A DNA stretch of 64,000 nt from an uncultured virus (IMG/VR IMGVR_UViG_3300028809_000010) (lineage: Duplodnaviria; Heunggongvirae; Uroviricota; Caudoviricetes), in IMG/VR virus record IMGVR_UViG_3300028809_000010; one strand, 5' to 3'. The position numbers and the translations under genes are program-made. Of the stretch, positions 47,116-56,770 are shown in pieces. Each line of letters opens with the position of its first letter. Position 1 is the stretch's first letter. The notes beneath the pieces were generated by a model, which had not been told where the DNA came from, made no database searches, and worked only from the letters and a program-made list of their open reading frames with translations.

Positions 47116-48818
47116 TGTCTGTCACCGCTATCGACCCGGACCAGGTATTCGACGAGATCATCAACCGCGAGTTCGGTCGGCGCGAAAGGCGTGTGGGCCA
47201 GCCCGCTGTGAAGTTGATGGACGGCAACATGGTCCTGCGGGGCCGCGCCACCCAGATCATCCGCGCCGACTTCAAAGAGATCGAGTGGGACGTCGGTATC
47301 GGCACGCTGGAGATGCCGGAGGAGTACTACCTCTCGAAATGGGTTGCCGCCCACGATGAGCGCACCACCCAGAACATCCACGTCGCTGTCGAAAAGGACG
47401 GCATCAGGTGGACCGGGCGCATGGAGCGCTACGAGATCGAGACCAACAAGGACGGCCTGACAATCGTCCGGTGCATCTTCAAGCACGATTTCGCCGAGCT
47501 CCAGAACATCCTCTGCTGGGCCAATCCGTTTTTGCCCGCCGAGGTGCAATTTCCGAAGGTGTTTCTACTTTTCGGGAGCGCGAAATTCTGCCTCAAGGCC
47601 GCCCTTTTTTGTAACATCCTTCGCCTCGAGAACAACCTCTGGAGTCTGCCCGACAACCCCCTCGATCCCGACGAGTGGAACGACTACCTGAACCCGTTGG
47701 ATCAAAGTCAGTGGACCATCGCGGTGCATCCGGATTTGGCCGATGATGCTAGTCCGCTAGCGCTGTTCTACAGCCGGTTCAAGGACTTCGTCTCGGCCTC
47801 CAAGGACATCGGCCAGGACGCTCAGCTGACCCCGGTCCTGCGGCGCTGGTTCGAAGGTGACGATCCGCCGTGGCCGGGCGCCAACTTACGTCATGGCTGC
47901 CTGGTCGTGGATTTCGAAGACAACTCGGGCTGGACGACCGGAACTGCCTTCGAGGGAAGCCTTTTCACGGGTCTGATTCACGCGCTGGTCAACATCGGCA
48001 GTGACGGCATGACCGAGGGCATCGACATCATGGATGACCCGATCACGTACCCGCCGGAGTACTTCCAGTCGGGTTACAAGGGTTCGTTCCCGTCGGCTCC
48101 GTCGCTGATCTTCCGTGCGGCCGAGGGTTCGGCGATCCAGTCCAGCAATTTCACTAACCGCGCCGCTGGAGCACTTCAGCACGTCACCGGTGGACATTCG
48201 ATGCCGGGGGTCGTCGGTGCCCTGCTCTGAATAAGGGTGGGGCACCGGCGATCTCGCCATTTCAACGAAATGATCTCGGCCGCAATCCAAATGGCCGGTG
48301 ACCTGATCGCAGCAATGATCGGCGTTCCCCCCGTTGGCGGTGCTGCGGACGCAATTCTGAAACCCCTTTATACAGACGTCTTTTTAGCATTTATGCACTG
48401 GAAAGACTTGGGGCGCAAGGCAACTCTCGGCGACTTCTGCTACCAGGAGCGCTGGGCCGAAGGTAGCGACAGGGCCTATACGTTATCCGCCATTGTCGCA
48501 CTCAGGACGTCTATCTGGGCGACCAGGCAGACTTTCACGCATCGACTGGAAGTGGCAGACGGTGCGCCGTGGCTGGTGGGTCAGCGCGGGCGCGGCCATT
48601 TCTACCTCGGCCACCGCGTCGGCTCCGTCCCCAAGGGCACGCCCAAGGGGAAGATCTACGTCGACCGCGTCACCGAAATCGGCCTCACCTGGGACCGGCA
48701 GACAACGCCTACGTGGCAGGTAATTATCGGCGAGCGCGTCATGGAAGATCCAATCCTCAAGGCGCTCAAGAAGGTCAAGGAAATCGCGGGTATCGCCCGT
48801 GACCTCGGCGTGCTCTGA
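47115..48818 (+). CDS. Minor tail/baseplate hub protein interrupted by a 51-nt in-frame hairpin insertion containing TGA (two ORFs in the track: 47115-48230 and 48237-48818)
   Basis: WANPFLPAEVQFPK...GGHSMPGV | NEMISAAIQMAGD...LYTDVFLAF...GHFYLGHRVG; both ORFs are in the same frame. Confidence 0.85.
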
Positions 48819-48833
48819 CGAAGGAGGCCCGCA

Positions 48834-49328
48834 ATGCCCAAGAAGAACTTCGCCCGGCAAGAGGATTGTGATCCGGCGAATCCGGACGAGCATTTCCTGT
48901 GGGCGCTGATGACGATTCCATACGGCCCGAAGCAGACTCAGCCGATTCAGCAGAACATCGCGCGCACCATGAGTCGGCATCTGCACGAGCTCGGGTTTCG
49001 TCATCACCCCAAACTCCAGACCAAGACGCTCCAGATGCCCCTGCGGGGTGACAAGACCAACCTCAACGGCTCGGCCATCTGGGTGCCCATCGGTACCGAG
49101 GTGCCGGAGCCGATCGAGGATTCGCTGCCCAACGTCGATTCGATGACCCCGCAGGAGCGCGAACACCTGGACAGGGAGCTCGACAAGTACCGCAAGATCC
49201 AGTCGAACCCTGTGCCGGAGCACGCCCGCGCGAGGGAGACCAGCTGGAAAGAGGTCCGCTCGAGGCACGTGAAGAAGGCGAGCGAGGTGATCAATGGGAC
49301 TGACACCGGGACAGGACCAGCCGAGTAA
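48834..49328 (+). CDS. Minor tail protein (DUF2744-like)
   Basis: QEDCDPANPDEHFLWAL...SRHLHELGFRHHP. Confidence 0.8.
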   Translation: MPKKNFARQEDCDPANPDEHFLWALMTIPYGPKQTQPIQQNIARTMSRHLHELGFRHHPKLQTKTLQMPLRGDKTNLNGSAIWVPIGTEVPEPIEDSLPNVDSMTPQEREHLDRELDKYRKIQSNPVPEHARARETSWKEVRSRHVKKASEVINGTDTGTGPAE

Positions 49329-50025
49329 TTCCTACGGCACCAACAACTTCAACACCGCCGACAACTGGACCGAAGCCAGTATCCGTAGTTTCGGCAAGGC
49401 CGACGTACTCGACTCCTACGAGGGTGGCGAGACCGAGCTGGACATCCAGATCAAGCAGCCTATCCAGGACTTGATTGATGACGTCGACCTGCTCAACGGT
49501 GTTTCCGCTTACGGCGCCGCCTACATGAGCGCGAATATCTGGAACATCAACAACGAGCCGATCCTGCCCTACTCCACGCAGATCGGCCCGAACAAGCTGG
49601 TGGATATCGCTCCCGACAGCCCGGGGTCACTGACCTACGGAGAGCTTCGTGGCTACGACCCGGGTCTGTGGCAGGTGCATTTCGCGACCCGCGCCGAGGG
49701 GACTCCGTACTCCGGGGACGACTGGGCCGGGGTCAACATGTACATCGACATCTACGACAGCCCGAGCCACATCCTCTTCTCGTACAACCCGAAAACGGTA
49801 CAGAGTCCGGGCACTTCCGAGGCCACGCTCTGCAATACGTACTCCTTCGTGGTGCCGGAGGTCGTGGACCACTTCGACGTGTGGATGACCTGCTTCTCCC
49901 ACAAGTGGAGGAAATTCACCGGCGGGGCGGCCTGGTCGATTCTCGCGCTGCGGCGCATTTCCATCGACGTAGATCACGACGACGACCCCGACGACACCGT
50001 CCCAGATGGGAATGATCCGCCGTGA
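49294..50025 (+). CDS. Minor tail protein
   Basis: Gene position; DLLNGVSAYGAAYMS...QIGP...GG...S.L. Confidence 0.65.
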   Translation: MGLTPGQDQPSNSYGTNNFNTADNWTEASIRSFGKADVLDSYEGGETELDIQIKQPIQDLIDDVDLLNGVSAYGAAYMSANIWNINNEPILPYSTQIGPNKLVDIAPDSPGSLTYGELRGYDPGLWQVHFATRAEGTPYSGDDWAGVNMYIDIYDSPSHILFSYNPKTVQSPGTSEATLCNTYSFVVPEVVDHFDVWMTCFSHKWRKFTGGAAWSILALRRISIDVDHDDDPDDTVPDGNDPP

Positions 50026-50645
50026 CACCTATCGAGGAATGCCGCGCGCTGCCGGAGAACGACTGGCTGGGGGAGCAGGAGGGGCGTGAGTATCCGCGTG
50101 ACCGTGGTGGCAGCTTCGCCAGGTACGTCCACGGCGACATCTACTTTCATCCCGAGTACGGCACGCAGACCATCGGCGACCCGTTTCGTCTGGTCTGGGC
50201 ACAGCACGGGTACGAAAAGGGCTGGCTCGGATACCCGCTCACCGGCCACAACTTCTACAGCAACTCCGGCCGCCGACTGCAAGAGTTCGAACACGGCTGG
50301 CTTACCCAGATCAGTGAGGGCGCACCGGTTTACGCGACCTGGATCGACCCTGAGCTGTACGGCTGGCCTACGGAGACGGCGGTGGGGCTGACGGGTGGCC
50401 ACATCATCCAGCGGACCACCGAGGGCAAGATGCTCCGTTCGCCGGACGGCACCGTCACCCGATACGAGCTCGACGAGCTGACCCCGCCGGAGATCGCCTA
50501 CCGAGAGCGGCCGAAGCACTTCCCGACCTACGCCCAGCGCGAGGAGCAGTGGCTACATCCGGCGCTTCCCGAGGGGTGGGAGCCGGAGCCGGAATTCCCG
50601 GACGGCCTCGACTACGACCCGGACGAGATTCCGGAATACGACTGA
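50022..50645 (+). CDS. Stand-alone LGFP-repeat protein
   Basis: WLG...GDIYFHP...GYEKGWLGYPLT...QEFEHG; resembles the endolysin C-terminus. Confidence 0.8.
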   Translation: MTPIEECRALPENDWLGEQEGREYPRDRGGSFARYVHGDIYFHPEYGTQTIGDPFRLVWAQHGYEKGWLGYPLTGHNFYSNSGRRLQEFEHGWLTQISEGAPVYATWIDPELYGWPTETAVGLTGGHIIQRTTEGKMLRSPDGTVTRYELDELTPPEIAYRERPKHFPTYAQREEQWLHPALPEGWEPEPEFPDGLDYDPDEIPEYD

Positions 50646-50661
50646 AAACGAAAGGCCCGCA

Positions 50662-50982
50662 ATGGCAAAGAAGGTAGCGCGCAGCGCACGAATCGAGATC
50701 CGAGAGTCCACCGAACACGAGTGGGTCGACATCTCCGACCACGTCACCGGATGGGATTGGATTGTCCGCGCGGGGGCTCTGTACGTCCTCAAGCTGCATC
50801 TGACATACGACCCGGCCGAGCACGACCTGAACAACAAGAAGGTCACCATCTCCAGCGTCCGGATTTCCGACTACCTCCAGGCGTACCAGTTCGATGCGTC
50901 CGATCACCTGACCCTAGACCTGTACTGCGACGCAGACCGTCTCCGCATCAACGGCACAGCGCCTTGGGAGGAGCCGAGGTGA
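50662..50982 (+). CDS. Hypothetical protein
   Basis: GAAAGG RBS. Confidence 0.6.
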   Translation: MAKKVARSARIEIRESTEHEWVDISDHVTGWDWIVRAGALYVLKLHLTYDPAEHDLNNKKVTISSVRISDYLQAYQFDASDHLTLDLYCDADRLRINGTAPWEEPR

Positions 50983-51139
50983 ACGAATGTGAATGCCCGC
51001 ATCCGGACCTCTGCACTCACCCGAGTCACGACCTGCTCCGCTTCCGGAACGACAAGGTCACCCTGGAGCGAGTGCTGGATTCCATCGAGTCGGACTACGA
51101 GAAGCTCCGGCAGATCGAGAAGATCGTGGAGGCCATGCC

Positions 51140-52861
51140 ATGACCCGCACCACAGTAGATTTCGCTGCCAAGCTGATATCGCCGCAAGCCATCAAGGACG
51201 CCGGGCACGAGGGCGTGATGGTCTACGTCTCGCCGAGTCGGCCCGGGTCGAACTTCGCGGCCAAGCCGATCCAGCGGGCGTTCACTAATGAGTGCCGTTC
51301 AATCGGATTGAACATCGTCTCGATCTGGCAGTTCGGCAAGCCCGGCAACGCCCAGGCCCCGAGCGACTGGACCACCGGTTTCGAGGGCGGCCAGCGGATG
51401 GCGACCGAAGCTCAGGCCCGGCACCTCCAGGCAGGCGGACCCGATCACGCACCGATCTTCTTCGCCGTCGACGAGGACTTGAGCATCGACAACTGGAACC
51501 GGACGGCCGTCGAGTTCTTCCGGGGCGTCAACAGCGTCCTGGGCGTGCAGCGGACCGGCGTCTACGGATCGTCGAAGGTGTGCTCCTGGGCGGTGGAGGA
51601 CGGCGTCATCGGACGTAGCCGTACCCACGGGCGCTTCTGGGCGTGGCAGACGCGGGCGTGGTCCGGAGGGGAGCTCTCGCCCGAGGCCGTCCTGTTCCAG
51701 CGCGTCATCGACACACCCTCCAACCCCGGCCCCTTGATCGACGGCGCCTCCGTGGACGTCAACGACATCTGGGCCGACGACTACGGACAGTGGAGCGACA
51801 AGGCTCCGGAAGGCCCTTCCATGGCACAGAAACCCGACTTCCAAGAGATCGACCGCTTCGGCAATTCCCGCTCCAACCGCTTCAACGCACGCGTCACCAA
51901 CTGGCTGATCCACACCCAGGAGGGCAACGGCACTGCGGAGTCGCTGGCGGGCTACCTCAACAACCAGGCCAACGGCGTCTCCTACCACTACACGGTCCGC
52001 GACGGCGTGGTTGTGAATGTGGTCGACACCGACTACGCCAGCTGGTCCGTCCTGGACGCCAACAGCTACACGATCAACCTCTGTTTCGCGGGCAGCTACG
52101 CCAGCTGGACTCGGGAGCAGTGGCTCGAGCGTGAACACGACATCCGGATCGCGGCGTGGCTGGCGGTGCAGGACGCGAAGAAGTACGGCTTCTCCGTCGA
52201 GGTCATCGCGCCCCCGTACCACCAGGCGCCGGGCATCTCCGATCACCGCTACGTCACCGAGGAGCTGGGGATCGGCACGCACACCGACGTCGGCCGCAAC
52301 TTCCCGTGGGATGTGCTGGCGCGGTTCGTCGCGGAGTACACCGAGGCCGGTCCGATCCGGGTTCCGAACGCGATCAACGACTGCGAGGCCGCCAACGCCT
52401 GGCTGGGGGAGCGGTTCACCAAGGAGGAGCTGCGCACGCCCGACGGCAAGGGCCGCTTCGTCCAGTACGACAACGGCTTCATCTACTGGTCTCCGGACTC
52501 GGGCGCGCACCCCATCCCGAAGGATCTGTTCCCGAAGTTCGGTGATCTCGGCTGGGAGGTCGGTCCGCTGGGTTACCCGACGACCGATCCGACGAAGCTC
52601 ACCGATGGTTGGGTCCAGGGCTTCCAGGGCGGCGCGCTCTACAAGAAGCTCGACCAGCCCGCCCGGTGGGTGCACGGCGAGATCCGCAACCGCTGGAACC
52701 GGACCGGCTTCGAGAACGGCCCGCTGGGTTGGCCCACCTCCGACGAGTTCCCCTTCGGCGACGGTGCCGCGCAGGACTTCGAGAAGGGCCGCATCTACTG
52801 GGCCCCGAAGCCGACTGTCGTGGTCCTGGCCGACGGCTCGGGGCTCAAGGACGCGGCATGA
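51140..52861 (+). CDS. Endolysin (LysA): DUF1906/GH25-like muramidase, Amidase_2 and LGFP repeats
   Basis: PIFFAVD, GVYG, WQT.AWS, VDVN; IHTQEG, VSYHY, DH, HTDVG; LGYP/LGWP repeats. Confidence 0.92.
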   Translation: MTRTTVDFAAKLISPQAIKDAGHEGVMVYVSPSRPGSNFAAKPIQRAFTNECRSIGLNIVSIWQFGKPGNAQAPSDWTTGFEGGQRMATEAQARHLQAGGPDHAPIFFAVDEDLSIDNWNRTAVEFFRGVNSVLGVQRTGVYGSSKVCSWAVEDGVIGRSRTHGRFWAWQTRAWSGGELSPEAVLFQRVIDTPSNPGPLIDGASVDVNDIWADDYGQWSDKAPEGPSMAQKPDFQEIDRFGNSRSNRFNARVTNWLIHTQEGNGTAESLAGYLNNQANGVSYHYTVRDGVVVNVVDTDYASWSVLDANSYTINLCFAGSYASWTREQWLEREHDIRIAAWLAVQDAKKYGFSVEVIAPPYHQAPGISDHRYVTEELGIGTHTDVGRNFPWDVLARFVAEYTEAGPIRVPNAINDCEAANAWLGERFTKEELRTPDGKGRFVQYDNGFIYWSPDSGAHPIPKDLFPKFGDLGWEVGPLGYPTTDPTKLTDGWVQGFQGGALYKKLDQPARWVHGEIRNRWNRTGFENGPLGWPTSDEFPFGDGAAQDFEKGRIYWAPKPTVVVLADGSGLKDAA

Positions 52862-52927
52862 ACTTCTCGGCCGAAACCCTGGCCCTGATGAACACCTGGC
52901 TCGCAAATCACAAGAAGGACAACGAAA

Positions 52928-53143
52928 ATGAAGCATCTCCGTAATCTCGGCGCCTACAACAAGGCTCTGGCGGCCGGTGTCGGCTCGCTGGCAACCGTGC
53001 TCTCGGCCAACGAGGTATTTCTGCCGGGCGGCTGGGTGACCACTGCTCTCGGCGTCGCCACCGTCATCGCGACCTTCCTGGTGACCAACCAGGACCGGGT
53101 CGACGCTTTCGGTGACGATCTGGCCGACGCGCTGGAGAAGTAG
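52928..53143 (+). CDS. Holin
   Basis: KALAAGVG...ATFLVTN; two TM segments, downstream of the lysin. Confidence 0.75.
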   Translation: MKHLRNLGAYNKALAAGVGSLATVLSANEVFLPGGWVTTALGVATVIATFLVTNQDRVDAFGDDLADALEK

Positions 53144-53146
53144 ACC

Positions 53147-53434
53147 ATGGCCTGGCCCGAGCTGATCATGACGGCGCTCGGCTCGGGCGTGGCGGTCCAG
53201 GGCATGAACTGGTTGGCCAACCGAGGCAAGAACAAGGCCGATGCCAGTGCGACACAGGTGGATTCGATGCTCAAGCAGCTCGAACGACTCCAGAAAGAGC
53301 ACGACGACCTCAAGGACGAACTGAAAGCGTTCCGCAAGGCCCTCTACCCTCACCAGAGGTGGGACTTGCTGGCCTGGAAGCGAATCCTCGAGGTCGATCC
53401 CGAGTTCCCTCCGCCCCCCGATCTCTACATCTGA
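53147..53434 (+). CDS. Lysis-cassette membrane/coiled-coil protein
   Basis: N-terminal TM, coiled coil, PPPP end. Confidence 0.65.
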   Translation: MAWPELIMTALGSGVAVQGMNWLANRGKNKADASATQVDSMLKQLERLQKEHDDLKDELKAFRKALYPHQRWDLLAWKRILEVDPEFPPPPDLYI

Positions 53435-53482
53435 AGACCCCCCTGCTCGATGGCTCCGGCTGTCGGGTGGGGGTCTTTTTTG
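53434..53482 (+). terminator. Terminator ending the late operon
   Basis: AGACCCCC...GGGGGTCTTTTTT. Confidence 0.75.
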
Positions 53483-53486
53483 TGCC

Positions 53487-53539
53487 TTGACCGTTTAAAC
53501 GCTGTCCCGTACTGTGGCTCCTGTCACCGTTTAAACGCT
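53487..53539 (+). promoter_or_regulatory. SigA-like promoter with two identical palindromic operator candidates
   Basis: TTGACC-17 bp-TACTGT; ACCGTTTAAACGCT at 53490 and 53526. Confidence 0.75.
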
Positions 53540-53558
53540 ACCGACGAAGGCAGGGCCG

Positions 53559-54071
53559 ATGACCGCGTTCGCCCCCCGGGTTTCCGCAGTACTCAGGTCC
53601 GCTGGCCTGCCCGTCATCCGCTACGGCACGCACCCCGGCAACTGGCTGGGCATCCGCGTCGGCAACGAAGGCAATGTCGGGGGCCGGGCTCAATGTTCCG
53701 TGCACTTCCACATGGACGGCGAGCTGGAGTGGTCGGACCAGGCGATGGCTGTCCTGCTGGCGAAGGGGTTTCAGGTCGAGCGACTGCCGGGGATGTCCAT
53801 GCTCACCGTCCGCGCCAGCAGCCCCGGTCAGCAGGAGGACATCGCCGGGGTGGTCGCCGCCAGTGGTCTCGACATGGTCCAGCCGACCCGCAGCGAGTGG
53901 TTGGTCAATCTCCCTGGTCGACGCGGCGCCTACTCGATCCGACAGGCCGGGCAGGGTGACAGGGCCCGCTTCTCCGTCCAGGGCCATCCGGCGCGAGCCC
54001 TCGGCAAGAATCTACGGACCATGCGCTCGGCCATCGACATCATCGAAAACGACATCAAGGAGCAATCATGA
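53559..54071 (+). CDS. Hypothetical protein
   Basis: First ORF after the promoter; RBS present. Confidence 0.6.
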   Translation: MTAFAPRVSAVLRSAGLPVIRYGTHPGNWLGIRVGNEGNVGGRAQCSVHFHMDGELEWSDQAMAVLLAKGFQVERLPGMSMLTVRASSPGQQEDIAGVVAASGLDMVQPTRSEWLVNLPGRRGAYSIRQAGQGDRARFSVQGHPARALGKNLRTMRSAIDIIENDIKEQS

Positions 54072-54882
54072 TCGCTGTCATCCTGCGCCCGCACAGCAAC
54101 ACCAACCCGTCGGAGAAGTTCCGCGTCGTCGATTCGGAGGTGTGGATCAAAAAGCAGGCTGCCACCCCCATTCTCGGCGAGTGCGACACCTTCTTCGACG
54201 CCATCACCCTGCGCGATCAGCTCAACGCAGCGGAGGCGTAAATGGCCCAGCAACTGACTGACGACGAGAAGAACATCCACCCCGACTCGGACCTGGTCGA
54301 AGGGCGCTGCATCACCTGTGGCGACTACTCCGGCATCGACGAGTTCTGCCCCGACTGCGAGGAATGACATGACCGCACCGATCGCCCGCTACCGACAGTT
54401 CCATGAGATCGCCGCGTCCCAGCCCGACAACCCACTGTCCCCGGTCCTCCAGGAGGCTCTGCGCACGCTCGACATCATCCAAAACGGCCGCGCGACAGGC
54501 GAAGAGGAGGATTGGAGCGGCGATGCGATGCGCAGGATGATCGACTGGGCCGTCGGGGGAATGGCCGACTTCGCCGACGAGAAGGTGGCACGGAAGTGAT
54601 CAGGATGCATAGCGAGGCTCTGGACGCGGTCGTCCGCGAGAAGCTGGGCGCCACGTGGACCCGGCTCACTCCCCGGGGAATCGTCATCTCCGAACTCCAC
54701 GATCTGGCCGGGATGATCGAGGCGGTGTCGGAACTGGCCGCGCAGTGGTGCTTCGACGAATACGGCGGCGTCCAGGCCGAGGAGCTCCAGGACGCCATCA
54801 CGAAGGTATCGGCGGATATTCAGCTGCTGGACAGTGCCGCCGGTGTATCGGTACGGCTGCCCGAGCTGAAGGCGGTGGCGGG

Positions 54883-55278
54883 ATGAGTGCCATGCTGATC
54901 CGCCCCGACGGCACCCGCGAGATCGTCCAGATCCCCAAGGGCACTCTCGGCCAGGAGCTCCTGGGCTGCCGCATGACCGAGATCGTCCCTGTCGGCGCCT
55001 CTCTCGAAATGTGGTGCGACGAGGAGGGGTTGATGACGGCGGACCCCCAGCTCAACATCGTCGCGACCATGATGCGCTGGGAACTCTCCGGCGGCCCCGA
55101 GAACAAGCTGGACCCCAACGACTTCACCGTGGTCGGCAACGCTCTGTTTGTGGACACGGTCATCGACGGGGACGGCCACATGGTCCACCGGCAGACGATG
55201 GAAGGCTCGGTGCTGCTGGACCGGCTGAACCGCGCTGCCGACCGTGGCCTCCGCGTCAAGGAGAGGATGGGCCGATGA
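54883..55278 (+). CDS. DUF3846-like protein
   Basis: LIRPDG...MWCDEEGL...N..AT...VVGNALF. Confidence 0.7.
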   Translation: MSAMLIRPDGTREIVQIPKGTLGQELLGCRMTEIVPVGASLEMWCDEEGLMTADPQLNIVATMMRWELSGGPENKLDPNDFTVVGNALFVDTVIDGDGHMVHRQTMEGSVLLDRLNRAADRGLRVKERMGR

Positions 55279-55612
55279 GCTATCTGGAGATGACCACCGA
55301 GGACGGCCTGCACATCCAGATCCCGGGGACAACCGCCGACGGCAGGGTTGCCATGGACGTGCACTTCGACGACGGCTCCATCGGGGAGATCCTGCTGACG
55401 AACGAGGAGGTGCTTCGACTCCAGAAGGGACTGTCGGAGGCACGAGCAGGGGCCAAGCGTCATGGCAACTAGGACGACGCGGCTGCTGAAGCTGGAGTGC
55501 GCCTGCCCGAGAATCATCCGCGCCAGCCAGTTGGTGAGCGAGACCGGCGCCATTGTCTGCGAGGTGTGCGGGCAGAGGTTCGAACTGTCGGAGGCCGAGG
55601 AAGAGGTACGGG

Positions 55613-55930
55613 ATGCCTGAGAAGAGCGTGCGAGCCAGCAAGACCCAGGAGGCACTGACGGTCTGGCTCGCGCTGGAAGATGCCCCCGTCTTCGATCTCC
55701 CGTATACCTCGCCGCAGCAGCAACTCGTCCCCTCCGGGGTTACCGTCTTGTACGAACGCTCCGGCGGCGAGGTCGGGTGGGGCCTGCGGAAATTCGATGT
55801 GATAGGCAACCGGGTCAACAAGAACGGGTCGCCCAGCCGGGTGGAGTCGTACTACCCCTTCACCGACATCGACCTGGCGCCCGGCTGGCTACAGGAATTG
55901 ATCGAGGAGAACCGGCCACCGGTGGGATAG
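55613..55930 (+). CDS. Hypothetical protein
   Basis: V.G.RVNKNG...APGWLQELIEENRP. Confidence 0.55.
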   Translation: MPEKSVRASKTQEALTVWLALEDAPVFDLPYTSPQQQLVPSGVTVLYERSGGEVGWGLRKFDVIGNRVNKNGSPSRVESYYPFTDIDLAPGWLQELIEENRPPVG

Positions 55931-55982
55931 AGTCCTTCTCGGCAAGATAAACCGAAGTCGAGCCACGGATACCCATCCATAG

Positions 55983-56030
55983 AAAAGCCCCCGGACCCTC
56001 TCGCCAAGGAGGTCACTCCGGGGGCTTTCC
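55983..56030. terminator. Bidirectional terminator
   Basis: AAAGCCCCCGGA...TCCGGGGGCTTT between convergent genes. Confidence 0.7.
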
Positions 56031-56044
56031 TGTTCCCGGGCCTC

Positions 56045-56269
56045 TCAACCGGGAAGCATCTCAGGCGCTATCTGCGCGAATTTCAGTCCGTGCCTGCGCA
56101 TGTGGGACTTCAGCAACTCCAGGGACTGCTTCCGGGGGCATTCACCGACCCGGCAAAGACCGTGCAGCGTCTGGTACGTCAGCGACCGCAGCACCTCTTC
56201 CCATTCGTAGGTGGTGCCGACCTCGGGGGCTGCGTGGCTCACTTGTAGAGCGGGGACGGGGCTTGCCAT
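56045..56269 (-). CDS. Small His/Cys hypothetical protein
   Basis: HGLCRVGECPRK; GAAAGG RBS. Confidence 0.55.
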   Translation of the reverse strand: MASPVPALQVSHAAPEVGTTYEWEEVLRSLTYQTLHGLCRVGECPRKQSLELLKSHMRRHGLKFAQIAPEMLPG

Positions 56270-56520
56270 TCCACGGCCTTCCTTTCACTGTCCGGGGGTG
56301 GAATCGGGAAGTCCCATCCCTTGTCGCGGCAGATCTCCAGTAGCTGCCAGCGGCGCAGACACGAGCTGCGGCAGTTACCAGGCCCGGCCTCGCAGTTTCG
56401 ATGCGACCACAGCCAAGTCCGGACCTGCTCTGGCCACTCGGCGAGGTAGTGCATCGACTCGGGCAGCGCATCGTGCTCCAGAACGGAGGGGTTGTACGCG
56501 CGGGGGGTGCGGTCCTTCAT
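56239..56520 (-). CDS. Small His/Cys hypothetical protein
   Basis: HRNC...CRSSCLRR; AAGGA RBS. Confidence 0.55.
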   Translation of the reverse strand: MKDRTPRAYNPSVLEHDALPESMHYLAEWPEQVRTWLWSHRNCEAGPGNCRSSCLRRWQLLEICRDKGWDFPIPPPDSERKAVEWQAPSPLYK

Positions 56521-56666
56521 GACAGATCCTTGAGGTGGAGACCCGTCGCGCCGGAGAGCGCATCATCCGGCACGACGGGGGTTTCGGGGGCGCCGGGGAG
56601 CAGTAGGCACAGCGCGATCACGGCCAGGCTCGGCGACAGGGGTACCAGCAGTGAGACAGTCCACAT
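56517..56666 (-). CDS. Small membrane peptide
   Basis: MWTVSLLVPLSPSLAVIALCLLLPG; AAGGGAG RBS. Confidence 0.45.
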   Translation of the reverse strand: MWTVSLLVPLSPSLAVIALCLLLPGAPETPVVPDDALSGATGLHLKDLS

Positions 56667-56770
56667 CGCTCTCCCTTTCGATGAGGCAGACTAGTAAGTC
56701 CGGTCACCAGACCATCCCACCCGGCCTAGAATTTTGTCCAGAGGGACACGCCAGAGGAGATGGACAACCC

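Noticed and set aside
48228..48263. Selenocysteine insertion at the UGA
   Set aside because: A bacterial SECIS lies 3' of the UGA, whereas here the stop is at the hairpin apex; no Cys-equivalent position or sel genes seen.
48213..48263. Self-splicing group I or II intron
   Set aside because: Too short, no catalytic core motifs, and no U-G 5' splice pair or terminal G at the motif-restoring junction.
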